From NCBI GenBank assembly GCA_951406725.2, contig OX597815.1:51212001-51276000 (forward strand): 64,000 bases of DNA. Reading direction: 5' to 3'. The notes under the pieces are model-generated. The model did no database searches. It saw only the letters and a program-made list of their open reading frames with translations, and had not been told where the DNA came from. Position 1 is the stretch's first letter; each line of letters opens with the position of its first letter. Below are positions 12,930 to 25,075 of the stretch, one piece after another. The stretch comes from Octopus vulgaris (lineage: Eukaryota). Both the position numbers and the translations under genes were made by a program.

Positions 12930-13085
12930 ATGCTTTTACAATAGATACTGGGTTGAAGCCAGGTCAGGTTAAAGGTGACACATGTGTTATCAATTGCTAT
13001 GGTTCTTGGAAAAGATGCAACAATTTTCTTCATTTGTTGCTGTACTCTGATGGCCAGGAAGGGGCACTGCTGTTGATATCTATCA
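12930..13085 (-). pseudogene. Possible decayed Mutator-like (MULE) transposase fragment
   Basis: Minus translation 'FLAIRVQQQMKKIVASFPRTIAIDNT' resembles the region around the first catalytic Asp of MULE transposases. Resemblance by eye only. Confidence 0.3.
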
Positions 13086-14338
13086 ATTCTTCAAACATAA
13101 ATACCATATTAGCATTGACCATTTATCTACCCTGCCACTCTGTGAGAGATGGTGTTCAACAAATAATGAGCCAGCAGTAAATTACAATAAGATATGGCAT
13201 CTTACTATCTTTAATACTACCTGGTGATATATATATATTCGCTGAAACCAAACTGGATATTGGCTAATCTGACCAGTGAACTATGACCAAAATCAAATAC
13301 AACTATTGGCTTTTAGTTTTAGTGTTTTAACTTATTCTTCTCTGCTTGATTCTAGTTTTAAAAGTCTATTGATATTGTGTTGCTGCTTGCAACATCATGA
13401 GAGTTTTGTGTTTTTAGTTTTTATGATTCATGATTATTTTGATTTACACACCAGATAAATTTTCCTGATAACGAAACCTCAACTAGTTGCTGTAAACTTT
13501 AGCAAATTTTGACTCCAAGCATTTACCTTCTTCATAAAGTACTTGACAGCAAACCTCTTGATGTCATGGAGTTGTTATTGTTGATTCTTACATCCTGTCA
13601 ATGACTTTTCTTAAGTGAGAGGGACACTGGGTTAATATGTAATACATTAGATTTATTAACGCAACAAAGATCAAACATTATAGCTAACATTTTTGTTTGC
13701 TGTATAACAGCAAAATCAGTTTTTAAAAAGGGAATTGATTTATTATCATGCCAGTATGTTCTGTATTACAAATACTATTAGACATGGCCTAACTATTTCC
13801 ATGACAGAATTTCAGATTATTGTTGTTGTTGTTGCTTAGCTCTGATCAGTCATGACTGGGCAGACCTTTGATCAAAAGTATTCCACCTGTGACCCTCCCA
13901 ACATATTCCTATTTGTAGAGAACCTCAAATCACATTATCCAAGTATCCCTTTTTAAGATAGGAGAATGTGATTAGAAGGAGATTTGGCTGCTATTTCTAG
14001 CAGACTGAGAAACCACATAGAGGTTCATTCATTGGTTTGAAAATTTTATGTATTATTCTTATGTGTTAGAGTGTGTTCTAACGATAGTTAACCCGATCCA
14101 AATTTCAAATTTTTTTTTTTATTATCTTGAAAAATGGACATCATATTTAAATTCAATGTTTTTCTTAAAGCATGAATTTTCTCTCTCCTTTTGTCTCTCA
14201 GAGGCAAAGAAAAATGTGCGAGTGTACACATTGTTGTATGTAGATGTAAAGAGGCAAAAATTTCCTACTATCGTGTCATACTTATTTATCAAGATGGGGC
14301 AGCGCCAAATGCATTTTGGCCCCCAAGGCCTTATTGAA

Positions 14339-14406
<68 letters not shown>

Positions 14407-14994
14407 GTCTATCTCTATCTATCTCTCTTTCACTCAAATAGTTTAATTTTCACTGTTTTCTCTCAAACTTAGTTCACTAATTCATTTTCTGTTAGCATAA
14501 ACTCAAACATCTGTCTTTGCTACCTATCTTCAATTTGACTATGGTAAAATACTACCTACTTTATTTAACTTTTCATTGCATGAGTATTCTGTATGCTAAC
14601 AACACTGAATACTTCAAAATACGTTTCATTAACATGTGAAAATATCACACATCCAGTTTGATAATAAACATACAATAATGGAGCGTATAATATTCATAAT
14701 GTATAAACAAATATTGAACATCACTAGCTTTTTTATTTCTCAGAGAAACTTCTCTTAAGAGTATGTTAAAAACAAAGAGCTCACTCAAAATGTTATCAGT
14801 GGATCATCAAACACTGATGTTTTGAATTGATTTGGTCTCATCAGTGACAAACACCTGAAATCATTCTGATACAGAAATCAGCAAACAAGGCAATTACTGA
14901 TTTGTATGAAAGCTAAAATTCACATACATACATGTGAATGTATGTATGTAGAATATTTTCATTCATATATATGTATAATTTATATATATATATA

Positions 14995-15369
14995 CGTAGG
15001 AGTGGCTGTGTGGTAAGTAGCTTGCTAACCAACCACACGGTTGCGGGTTCAGTCCCACTGCGTGGCATCTTGGGCAAGTGTCTTCTGCTATAGCCCCGGG
15101 CCGACCAATGCCTTGTGAGTGGATTTGGTAGACGGAAACTGAAAGAAGCCTGTCGTATATATGTATATATATGTATATGTGTGTGTGTTTGTGTGTCTGT
15201 GTTTGTCCCCCTAGCATTGCTTGACAATCGATGCTGGTGTGTTTACGTCCCCGTCACTTAGCGGTTCGGCAAAAAGAGACCGATAGAATAAGTACTAAAA
15301 GGTGGTGCTCCAGCATGGCCGCAGTCAAATGACTGAAACAAGTAAAAGAGAAAAAGAGAAAAAGAGAAA
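14995..15369 (+). mobile_element. tRNA-headed SINE family B, near full length and CpG-retaining
   Basis: A-box TGGCTGTGTGG, B-box GGTTCAGTCCC, CORE-like 'TCTTGGGCAAGTG', internal (TA)/(TG) tract and 3' (AAAAGAG)n tail. Confidence 0.85.
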
Positions 15370-15418
15370 TATACGTATATATATATATATATATATATAT
15401 GTAAATTATCCATATATT

Positions 15419-15760
15419 ATCATCATCATCGTTTAACGTCCGTTTTCCATGCTAGTATGGGTTGGACGGTTCGCCTGGGGTCTGGGAAGCCAAGTGGCTG
15501 CACCAGGCTCCAGTCCAATCTGGCAGTGTTTCTACAGCTGGATGCCCCTCCTAATGCCAACCACTCCGTGAATGTAGTGCATGCTTTTTATGTTCCACCA
15601 GCACAGGGGCCAGAGGGGGCTGGCAACAACCATGATCAGTTGGTGCTTTTTATGTGCTACTGGCACGGAAGCCAGTCAATGGCAGCACTGGCATCAGCCA
15701 CGTTCGGATGGTGCTTTTTATGTGCCACCAGCACGGGTATCACAACTACAATTTCCATTT
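15419..15760 (-). mobile_element. RTE 3' UTR fragment
   Basis: (CAT)n followed by 'cgtttaacgtccgttttccatgctag'. Confidence 0.85.
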
Positions 15761-16820
15761 GATTTATATATATATATTATATATATGCAAAATTTACATA
15801 CACATATACACACATACTTGCACATACACATGTACACATACACACATATGCATATGTATGTATATATAAATTATATAGATATGTGTGTGTGTATGTGTGC
15901 ATGTATGTATATGTACATATAATTTGACTAAATCTATAAAATAATCCTTCTAATTGAAATTTTGTGGCATCTTCAATATCTTTGAGTTAAGTAACCTGTA
16001 ATTTATACTGCTTATTATCTCACTTGCAAGCAGTTTTTAATGACTAGTGCTCGATTTTCTAAATTCATTTGATCACAGATGATTTCATTGATCCAATGGA
16101 TCATACATATCACATTCTAGCCTTCAAAGTTTACAGATTATATTTGAGCATTATAAAGTAACCAACTCCCTTTTATCACATGGCATCATGCAGCTATTCA
16201 CTTGTGAATAATAAATGCTTTTGAGCAAGAGCAAAATTTCTCAGACCTTTTTAAACTATTAAGAACTGAAGCTAGTATGTTACTATTAATCCCATCAACC
16301 ACAATCATTAACTCTACTGAATAACAGAAGTTATATACTACTTTAAGTAAAGTGTCACTTTAGTCTGTGGTATTTAGGTCTTGACTACATGTAATGTCTA
16401 TCATGTCAATGCATCAATGCACTTAGTGAAAATGTTTGTTCATTGGCAATCCGCTTGAATGCCACTATACATCTTGTGTATTCATTGATTGCACAGATAA
16501 TATTAAGTTCCTTCACTGTTGGCTTGTAGAGTTGCTGACCATTAACGAACATCTTAGTATTGATTCTGTGATATGAACCAGACCATTTACATATGGGAAC
16601 TTCCAAGGACATTGAGACTTGAATTCTGCTGGAAATTTAAAGGCATAATCTAAGACACTAATTAATATTTATTTTTAATAAACCACAGTCAAACTATTGT
16701 TTGCATAACTTTCTCATACACTTCTTTAAATCAAACAGTATACATGTATCTAAAATGTTAATTTTAAAGTAAAAAATGGTATATGAATATTTCTTTATAG
16801 CTATAAGACATGCACACACA

Positions 16821-16879
<59 letters not shown>

Positions 16880-17818
16880 ATGTATATATGTATGTATACA
16901 CACACATTCATAAACATATAACTGTATCTATATCTCTACATTTCCTCATCATCATCATCATTTAATGTTCTTGTTCCATGCTGGAACAGGTTGGATTTTT
17001 GATAAGGATTTGATGAGTCCAAGGACTGTATCATGCACCAGCATCTGCATTGCCATGGTTTCTGTGGCTGGATGGCCTTTCTAATGCCAACTACTTTACA
17101 GTGTGTACTGGGTGCTTGTTTCGTGCCAATAGCACAACTGAGGTCACCATGCAGTTCACAAGTTTACAAACCCAAGGAGTAGGTGTGCCTCCTTATGTTA
17201 GATGGTGGTTAAGGTATGAGGGAAGAAGTTGGGGTGGAGAAGGTTCCTTTTGTAGAGGAGCTACTTGGCTACTCATATATAAGGGAGGGAGTATATAGGA
17301 GAGTGAGAATGAATTGGTGGTATCTCCAAAGTGATGGATAGTGATGATGAGGTGTCCAGGTGGCACCTCAGGTAAGAGTAGTAGATGTGGGGTGGTTCAA
17401 GAGTATATGGGAAGAAAATAGATGAAGTTTGGGTGGACTGCAAGAGTGGAGAGGAGAGATAGACAGGCATAATACATGAGAAAAGATAATTTGAGGGTGG
17501 TCTAGGGAAAGGATGATGGGATGGCCACTGTAACATGTGCACCTGGAGAATAGTATTAATGAAGGAGAATGGTTAACAAGTGACATGGATATGGATAGCA
17601 AGAGAAAAAAGTGATATCAGGAGTGGGGAAGAGTTGCAGTGGACAGGAAGAGATGTGGGGGACTGAGATTGATTAGATGCACTGGAACAGTAAAGTGTCG
17701 CTTTAGTCTGTGGTATTTACTTAAATTTAATACATACAATACACACACACACACATCATATGTATATATGTATATATATATGCATACATACATACACACA
17801 CACACACACATATATATG

Positions 17819-18035
<217 letters not shown>

Positions 18036-18056
18036 TATATATATATATATATTTAT

Positions 18057-18270
18057 GGTAAATCCCAAAAAAACGAAGAACAAGCACAAAAAAAAACAAC
18101 AACGCGAGCATGCGGTACTTGTAAAGTTTTAGTAGACGCTCAGGGAAGGAAAGAAAGATGATTTAACATTTCAAGCAGAGCTCTTCTTCAGAAGCAGCAG
18201 AAAGTCCAATAGAAAAGGAAGATGGAGCAAGAAAATCGCCAACAATTCACATGTGGTTACATTTTGAAAA
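18057..18270 (-). mobile_element. Penelope pseudo-LTR-like short repeat with a decayed hammerhead core (18161-18195)
   Basis: Minus strand reads GCTT-CTGAAGA-A-GAGC-TCT-GCTT-GAAA-TG-TT-AAAT. Flanked by (TA)n. Confidence 0.6.
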
Positions 18271-18924
18271 TGTATATATATATCAATACCTATAAATCTG
18301 AAATGCGAAAAGTTTGTCTGGTTTTGACATTGGAACGGGTTAAAGGCCACTAGATCGCGTTGGATTGACTCCACAATTTACAGGGGCATGTAAAATGAGA
18401 TGAGGATGTAAGTGGACTAGGTTAGAAATCCTTATCTTAAAAGGTGTGGTTACTAGGGCAAAAAACGCACACTTTGACAAGTCTTCTCTCATTCTCTTAT
18501 CTGCCTGTCTTCCTCTGTGTCTCTCTCTTTCCTCCCTTCCTTTCACTTTCTCTCTATAACGTCGTTTGACAGCGGCTACTATCTTTCCCCCGCCGCCTTC
18601 GCCAGCACTGTCACTCTCTCTCTCTCTCTCGACGTCTGTCTGCATTCATAGAGAGAATTATCATCGCCACCACAACCACACAATCATGAGAACAAATATT
18701 ATGAATCAGATATTTATTGGGTTAATTTATATATGTGTGTGTGTGTTCTATATATAAATATGTATATATAATGTATATATACAAAGTGTATATATCTGTA
18801 TTTATATATATATAGTATATATACAGTATACAACTATTCTATATATATATATATATATATAATTTGTATACATTTGTATATATAATGCGTACACACACAC
18901 ATATATATATATAATGTGTATATA

Positions 18925-18976
<52 letters not shown>

Positions 18977-19037
18977 GTGTGTATTATGTGGTCGGTTGAG
19001 CTGAAAATATGCATACCTATGTTAAAAGTGCTGGCGA

Positions 19038-19051
19038 GTTTGCATGGCAAC
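19038..19051 (+). promoter_or_regulatory. RFX X-box-like motif GTTTGCATGGCAAC
   Basis: 12/14 match to the palindromic X-box GTTGCCATGGCAAC, in a CpG-retaining region about 260 bp upstream of an ATG-donor site. Confidence 0.4.
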
Positions 19052-19227
19052 TATTTTTTTTCTCAACTGAAAGACGTGACCTCTAGGACGAAATTCCTCA
19101 TTTTATAAAATGTGGCCCGAGTAGACCCAAATGAAATCGGGTTATATTAACCAAAATGTGAAAAGGGGTCTAAATGGGGCTGGAAGGGGATTAAAATTTA
19201 CAGGAGCGGGTGTTTAGGAATTCTCTG

Positions 19228-19438
19228 TTACATCAAGCTAAAAAATTTGTGCCAGCCTTTAAATCGTCAATGTGTTGCCGTCCAAGATGAAGAAGTTTTG
19301 AATGCTTGCCATGGTGAGTCTACTGTCATAAGAAAGTATCACTTTTACATCAAGTTCAAAATTTTATGCCAGCCATTAAACTGCCACTATGTTGCTGTCC
19401 GTCGTTAAGAAATGTCAGCCATGGTGAGTCTACTATCC
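19228..19438 (+). other. Tandemly duplicated candidate first exons, each ending GCCATG|GTGAGT
   Basis: Units 19228-19328 and 19345-19438 are homologous. ATG at 19311 and 19421 is directly followed by the consensus donor GTGAGT. Confidence 0.5.
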
Positions 19439-19826
19439 TCTGATTCTATCCCTTCAAACTTTGGTTTCCAATATTTTTTTTTTTTTATTCAGCTCGCAAA
19501 TTCGTCTGTCCCTTTTAAATGTTAGTGTTTTGTTGTCTGCCTTGAAGCAGACCTTTCTGTTGTCACAGCCTGATATTTATGATTGATCTTTCAAAATATC
19601 TTCTTCTCAACTTATTCAAGATATTTTGTTGTTTATTAATGGGAGAGAGATAGATAGAGAACGATAGAGAGTAAGAGAAAGCGAGGGAGAGTCCGAGAGA
19701 AAGGAAGAGTAAGAGAGTGGGAAATTGAGAGAGAAAGGAGAGAGAAACAAAGAGGGAGAATGTGGTGATAAAAAACAGAAAGTAACAACCACACTCTTAC
19801 CTGTGCATAGAATGGGTCACCTTAAG

Positions 19827-19910
<84 letters not shown>

Positions 19911-19911
<1 letters not shown>

Positions 19912-21138
19912 CAGCCATGCTACATGGCAGCGAAACATGGGCCGTGACTGCTGAGGACATGCGTAAGCTCGTGAGGAATGAAGCCAGTATGCTCCGATGG
20001 ATGTGTAATGTCAGTGTACATACTCGACAGAGCGTTAGCACCTTGAGAGAAATGTTGTACCTAAGAAGCATCAGTTGTGGTGTGCAAGAGAGACGATTGC
20101 ACTGGTATGGTCATGTGGCGAGAATGGATGAAGATAGGTGTGTGAGAAAGTGCCAATCCCTAGCAGTTGAGGGAACCCGTGGAAGAGGTAGACCCAGGAA
20201 AACCTGGGACGAGGTGGTGAAGCACGACCTTCGAACTTTAGGCCTCACTGAGGAAATGACCAGAGACCGAGACCTTTGGAAATATTCTGTACGTGAGAAG
20301 ACCAGGCAGGACAAGTGAGCCCAGCCCACTTATGAATGCCTTTCCTCCCTTGGACACAAAGACCGGTTGAGGCAAGCGAAGTCGATATAGAACCTCATCC
20401 GACGACAGACACCCATGCCAACCCCCCATGCTTGCGAAGACATGTTGGGGCAAGCGAAATCGAAATCGAAACCGAATTGAACCAGCCAGGATCCCTGGCC
20501 TGGTGGTACGTAAAAAGCACTATCCGACTCGTGGCCGTGGCACGTAAAATACTCCAATGCGACCGTACGACAGGCACCCATGCCAACCCCCTTTGCTTAT
20601 GAAGACATGTTGGGGCAAGCGAAATCGAAATCGAATTGAACCAGCCAGGATCCCTGGTCTGATGGTACGTAAAAAGCACTATCCGACTCGTGGCCGTGGC
20701 ACGTAAAATACTCCAATGCGACCGTACGACAGGCACCCTTGCCAACCCCCTTTGCTTGTGAAGACATGTTGGGGCAAGCGAAATCGAAATCGAATTGAAC
20801 CAGCCAGGATCCCTGGTCTGGTGGTACGTAAAAAGCACTATCCGACTCGTGGCCGATGCCAGCACCGCCTCGACTGGCTTCCGTGCCGGTGGCACATAAA
20901 ATACACCAATCTGACCGTGGCCGTTGCCAGCCCCGCCTGGCACCTGTGCAGGTGGCACGTAAAAAGCACCCACTACACTCACGGAGTGGTTGGCGTTAGG
21001 AAGGGCATCCAGCTGTAGAAACATTGCCAAATTTAGACTGGAGCCTGGTGCAGCCTTCTGGCTTCCCAGAACCCCGGTCGAACCGTCCAACCCATGCTAG
21101 CATGGAGAACGGACGTTAAACGACGATGATGATGATGA

Positions 21139-21142
<4 letters not shown>
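19911..21142 (+). mobile_element. Young 5'-truncated RTE LINE between (TA)n tracts
   Basis: Uninterrupted ORF2 end 19911-20318 (TAMLHGSETW...RRLHWYGHVARM...RGRGRPRKTW), CpG-rich 3' UTR and (GAT)n tail. (TA)n on both sides. Confidence 0.92.
20402..20855 (+). repeat. Three tandem 159-165-bp units inside the RTE 3' UTR
   Basis: GAAGACATGTTGGGGCAAGCG recurs at 20436, 20601 and 20760. Confidence 0.92.
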
Positions 21143-21181
<39 letters not shown>

Positions 21182-21269
21182 ACCCATACAGTGCTTACAG
21201 AAGTTAGTCTCACCGTAATTAGTGGACTTACATGAGAACCTTGCATTATCAGATATCCCAATCCTTTAT

Positions 21270-22420
21270 CATTTTCTCTGTGAGGATCAGTGTCCTGTGG
21301 TTAGCTTTCACCACTTCATCACATGTCTTCCTGGGTCTTCTTCATCCACAGGCTCCAGCCATGTTTAGCAATGAGTGTTTCTTTATACAACTATCCTCAT
21401 TCATAAGCATCACTTATTCATACCAACACAATCTTCTTTCTTGCAAACTACATATTTCAGCACATTTATACTATATTGTTCATGCGCAATTACATTGCAC
21501 ATCAAATAGACCAGGTCCACTTCATTCCTTTTGTCTTCTCATTTCCTCTGATTTCAAGGCCCATGTCTCACTACCATACAACATTGCAGTTCCAAGACAA
21601 GCATCATACAGTCTGTCCTTCAATCTGTGGTAAAATGACCTTTGTTGCTAGCAGTGGCAGTAGCTCCCTGAACTTATTCCAACCCATTCTTACTTTGGCT
21701 ACTATACTTTCAGACCAACCACCTCCCTTACAGGTGATGTCTCCTAGGTAGCAAATGCTGTCAACTACTTCTAGTGAACGATCAGGCATTTAAAGGGTTC
21801 TATTTTTGGTGTGCTCTTGGAATGTACTGTTCCAGTACATCCATTATATATGACGCTTATGTTCTCTGATAGTCTGACATTTATTCCATTACATCTTTTG
21901 TGCATCCATAGCTTACATTGAGTGCAGTATATGGGGCTTATACCTACTCCTTTTTTGCATATCAAGCAAGGCTGTTTCCCTGAGGGTATCTTTACTAAAT
22001 TTACTTTGAAATCTCTCAACCTCAGGTGTAGCTTCCATGCATGAAATTTCCTCTCTGATTCCGCTATAGATTCAACTATGAGAATTAGGTCATCAGCATA
22101 TAGGAGTTCCCTTGGATAGCCTGTCTTCAACACCTCTGTTATGGCCTGTAGGACTATGATGAATAGGAGGAAACTGAGAACTGACACTTGATAAATTCCA
22201 GCCCTCACATTAAATTTGTATGAAAATTAAACTGTTGTTGTTTGTAATTGTTGTAATGTGAGAAATCAAAGATTGAATATCAAAATATTGTTATGCTTCA
22301 TTTCCACAGTCACCACAAGAGTTCTGTACATGGTACTCTGTCAAATGCCTTCTCCAGGTCAAAAAATTCCAAGAGTAATAATTTACTCTTAGCCAAGTAT
22401 TTCTCCTGTTTACATCTGTA
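21270..22420 (-). mobile_element. Decayed RTE LINE reverse-transcriptase region
   Basis: DLEKAFDRVP (from 22360), LLYADDL (YADD at 22089-22100), a PHD-like finger (21837-21968) and 'LEVVDSICYLGD'; contains frameshifts. Confidence 0.9.
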
Positions 22421-22427
22421 GTACTTC

Positions 22428-23120
22428 TTTGAGAGAAAAATTGGGTATATAAGGCATTAGTTGAAGTGTGCAAGAGAGAAGACTGTGCTGGTATGGTCAT
22501 ATGATTTATATGGATGAGGACAGCTGCATCAACAAGTGCTGATCTCTAATTGTGGAGGGAACATGTGCAAGGAGTAGACCTAGATAGACATGGAACGAAG
22601 TGGTGAGAAAGGTTCTTCAGACTTTAGACCTCAAAGAGAAAATGGCAGGGGACTAAGACTTTTAGTGGGCTTGCTGTGCTTGAGAAGAAATGCCAAGCTA
22701 AGTAAAACTGTAGCCATCCATACATACAGGTATATCCTCTATGCCCTTCTCTCAGCTGAAAGTCCTAGTGTTACAGGCTTCTGGATGTTGGTTCCATGTA
22801 AAAGCACCTGTGCTGGTGTCACATAAATGTGCCCATATTGGTGACAAGTTTCAATGCCTGTGCCAGTGCCACATAATAGCACCTATGCTAGTGCCTGGTT
22901 AAAAGCACCCAGTACACTCTGTAAAGTGGTTGGCATTAGGAAGAGTATCCAGCCATAGAGACCATACCAAAACAGACATGGAGCCCAGACAGCTCTCCAA
23001 CTGGTCAGTTCCTCTCAAACTATCCAATTAAATACTTAAAATCATTTTTCCATTCTCCATTTTCCATTGTGGCATGGCCAACAGGGAGAATGGATGTTAG
23101 ATGATCAAGGTGATGAAGAT
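22428..23120 (+). mobile_element. Old RTE 3' fragment
   Basis: Decayed 'LREKLGI..VQERRLCWYGH', 3' UTR motifs and a degenerate GAT tail. Confidence 0.8.
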
Positions 23121-24077
23121 GAAAAGTCCCAATAAACCAAGGATATATAATGAATTTGACTCTACTAAAAGTATTGATTTATTACTTCAGTATATGTTTA
23201 ATTTTATATCCAATTTTATAATTTATCACGCTTTTTGATATAAATATATATATATACAAATATGTGTGTATGCTTCTCTGTTTGCACGTGTTGGTGTTGG
23301 TGTGCATATGTCTGTGTTTGTATCTATATGTATGTGTGAAGAACTGAGTTATGGTGATTTAAAATTGTGAGGGATTGCAGTGCAGAGACATGTACATGCA
23401 ATTATTTTATAAGAAAATTCTGAAATGTTGAAAGATCAGTTATGAATGAAATCACTGAAACTGAGAGAATAGTCAAGACCTAACAAGGCAGCAGTTAGCA
23501 TCTGCAAAGTTTATCTATATCATGCCATGTTTGTTATGCAGAAATGATGATTGAAAGTATTTAATATGTAGATAGTTCAATTGAATCAGTTGCCAAAAAG
23601 TAGAGCTATAGTTTTATTAATTTGTATGAAAATTAAACTGTTGTTGTTTGTAATTGTTGTAATGTGAGAAATCAAAGATTGAATATCAAAATATTGTTAT
23701 GGTTCATTGAGAACATTAAATAGGTTTAATTGTCTGGCAAATGTAATTAGTGGCAGACAGTGGATCTGTAACAATTCCAGCTGAGGAATTAACTATGATA
23801 TATGAATTTGAGAGATAATCTCAGTTGTTTCTGTTGTTATGTAGCTCCAAGGTAGCTTTAATTGAGCAGACTTATTGATTAAAAGTATTCCAACCATAAC
23901 CATCCCTCTTTTATTTAATACTGTCCTTCTTTTAAGATGGTAAGATACAATTTGAGGGAGATTTGGCTGATACTTCTGGTAAGTTATGCAAGGCCATGTA
24001 GAGGCCTCCTCATGCACAAGATGTAAAGTAAGGTAGGGAAACAAGATGTAAAGTAAGGTAGGGAAACAATTACTCGC

Positions 24078-24638
24078 TCTTTAGGTCTCACCGAGGAAAT
24101 GACCAGAGACCGAGACCTTTGGAAGTATGCTGTGCATGAGAAGACCCGGCTGGACAAGTGAGGCCATAACCCATGGCCCCTACCTGGAATGTAGTCAGTC
24201 CACCTATGCATACCTTCCTTCTTGGGACACATAACTCTACTTGTGAAGACCTGTTGAGGCAAGTGAAAATGCACAAAATCAAAAGCAAACTCGATGAACA
24301 TTAATGGAATTTGTAGTTTTGTGGTACCAGTGCCGGTGGCACATACGAAAACCATCCGAACGTGGCCGTAGCCAGTACCGCATTGGCTGGCCTCCGTGCC
24401 GGTGGCACGTAAAAAACACCATCCGAGCGTGGCCGTTCGCCAGCCTCGTCTGTGTCGGTGGCACATAAAATCACCCACTACACTCTCGGAGTGGTTGGCG
24501 TTAGGAAGGGCATCCAGCTGTAGAAACACTGCCAGATCTGACTGGCCTGGTGCAGCCTTCGGGCTTCCCAGACCCCAGTTGAACCGCCCAACCCATGCTA
24601 GCATGGAAAGCGGACGTTAAACGATGATGATGATGATG
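24078..24638 (+). mobile_element. Young RTE 3' fragment
   Basis: 'gaggaaatgaccagagaccgagacctttgg' through 'ggacgttaaacgatgatgatg'. Confidence 0.88.
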
Positions 24639-24783
24639 TCCTGTTTGATAGAAATAAGAAAACAAAATGACTGCACAGATGTAGATATTTAATGCTTTCT
24701 ACTATAGGTGCAAGGTCTGAAATGTTGTGGGACATAGGTTAGTCAATCACATCAACCCCAGTGCCCAACTAATACTTGTTTTA

Positions 24784-25075
24784 CAGTTCTATATGCCCAC
24801 GGGCATATGGCATAGTGGTTAAGAGCGTGAGCTACTAACCCCAATATTCCGAGTTCAATTCCAAGCAGTAACCTGAACAATAATAATAATAAGAAGAAGA
24901 AGAAGAACATCGAAAAATACCTTAGGAATGAGAACCCAGGTTCGAAATTTCCCCCAAGACACCTGAAGAAAGCTGGAGTGTATATCAGCCGAAACGTTGT
25001 GTTAACAACAAACAAGATGAAGACAAATGTCCGTTGAATGTAAATAATGTAAATAATGTAAATAAATGTAAATAA
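24784..25075 (+). mobile_element. tRNA-headed SINE (family E) carrying a hammerhead motif, with a 14-bp TSD, nested in a family C SINE
   Basis: TSD TAATACTTGTTTTA at 24770-24783 and 25076-25089. A-box TGGCATAGTGG (24808), B-box GTTCAATTCC (24853), (TGTAAATAA)n tail. Confidence 0.88.
24958..25003 (+). ncRNA. Minimal type I hammerhead ribozyme motif
   Basis: GACAC-CTGAAGA-A-AGCTG-GAGTGTATAT-CAGCC-GAAA-CG-TT-GTGTT: stem I GACAC/GTGTT, stem II AGCTG/CAGCC (10.1-11.1 mismatch), palindromic ACGT stem III. Confidence 0.75.

Noticed and set aside
21270-23120. A single LINE with a twin-priming 5' inversion
   Set aside because: Both the minus and plus parts contain the same ORF2 C-terminal region, so they are better read as two separate insertions.
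24801-24875. Functional tRNA gene (also the heads at 9375, 14995 and 51663)
   Set aside because: A and B boxes are present but there is no proper acceptor stem, and each is embedded in a SINE body.
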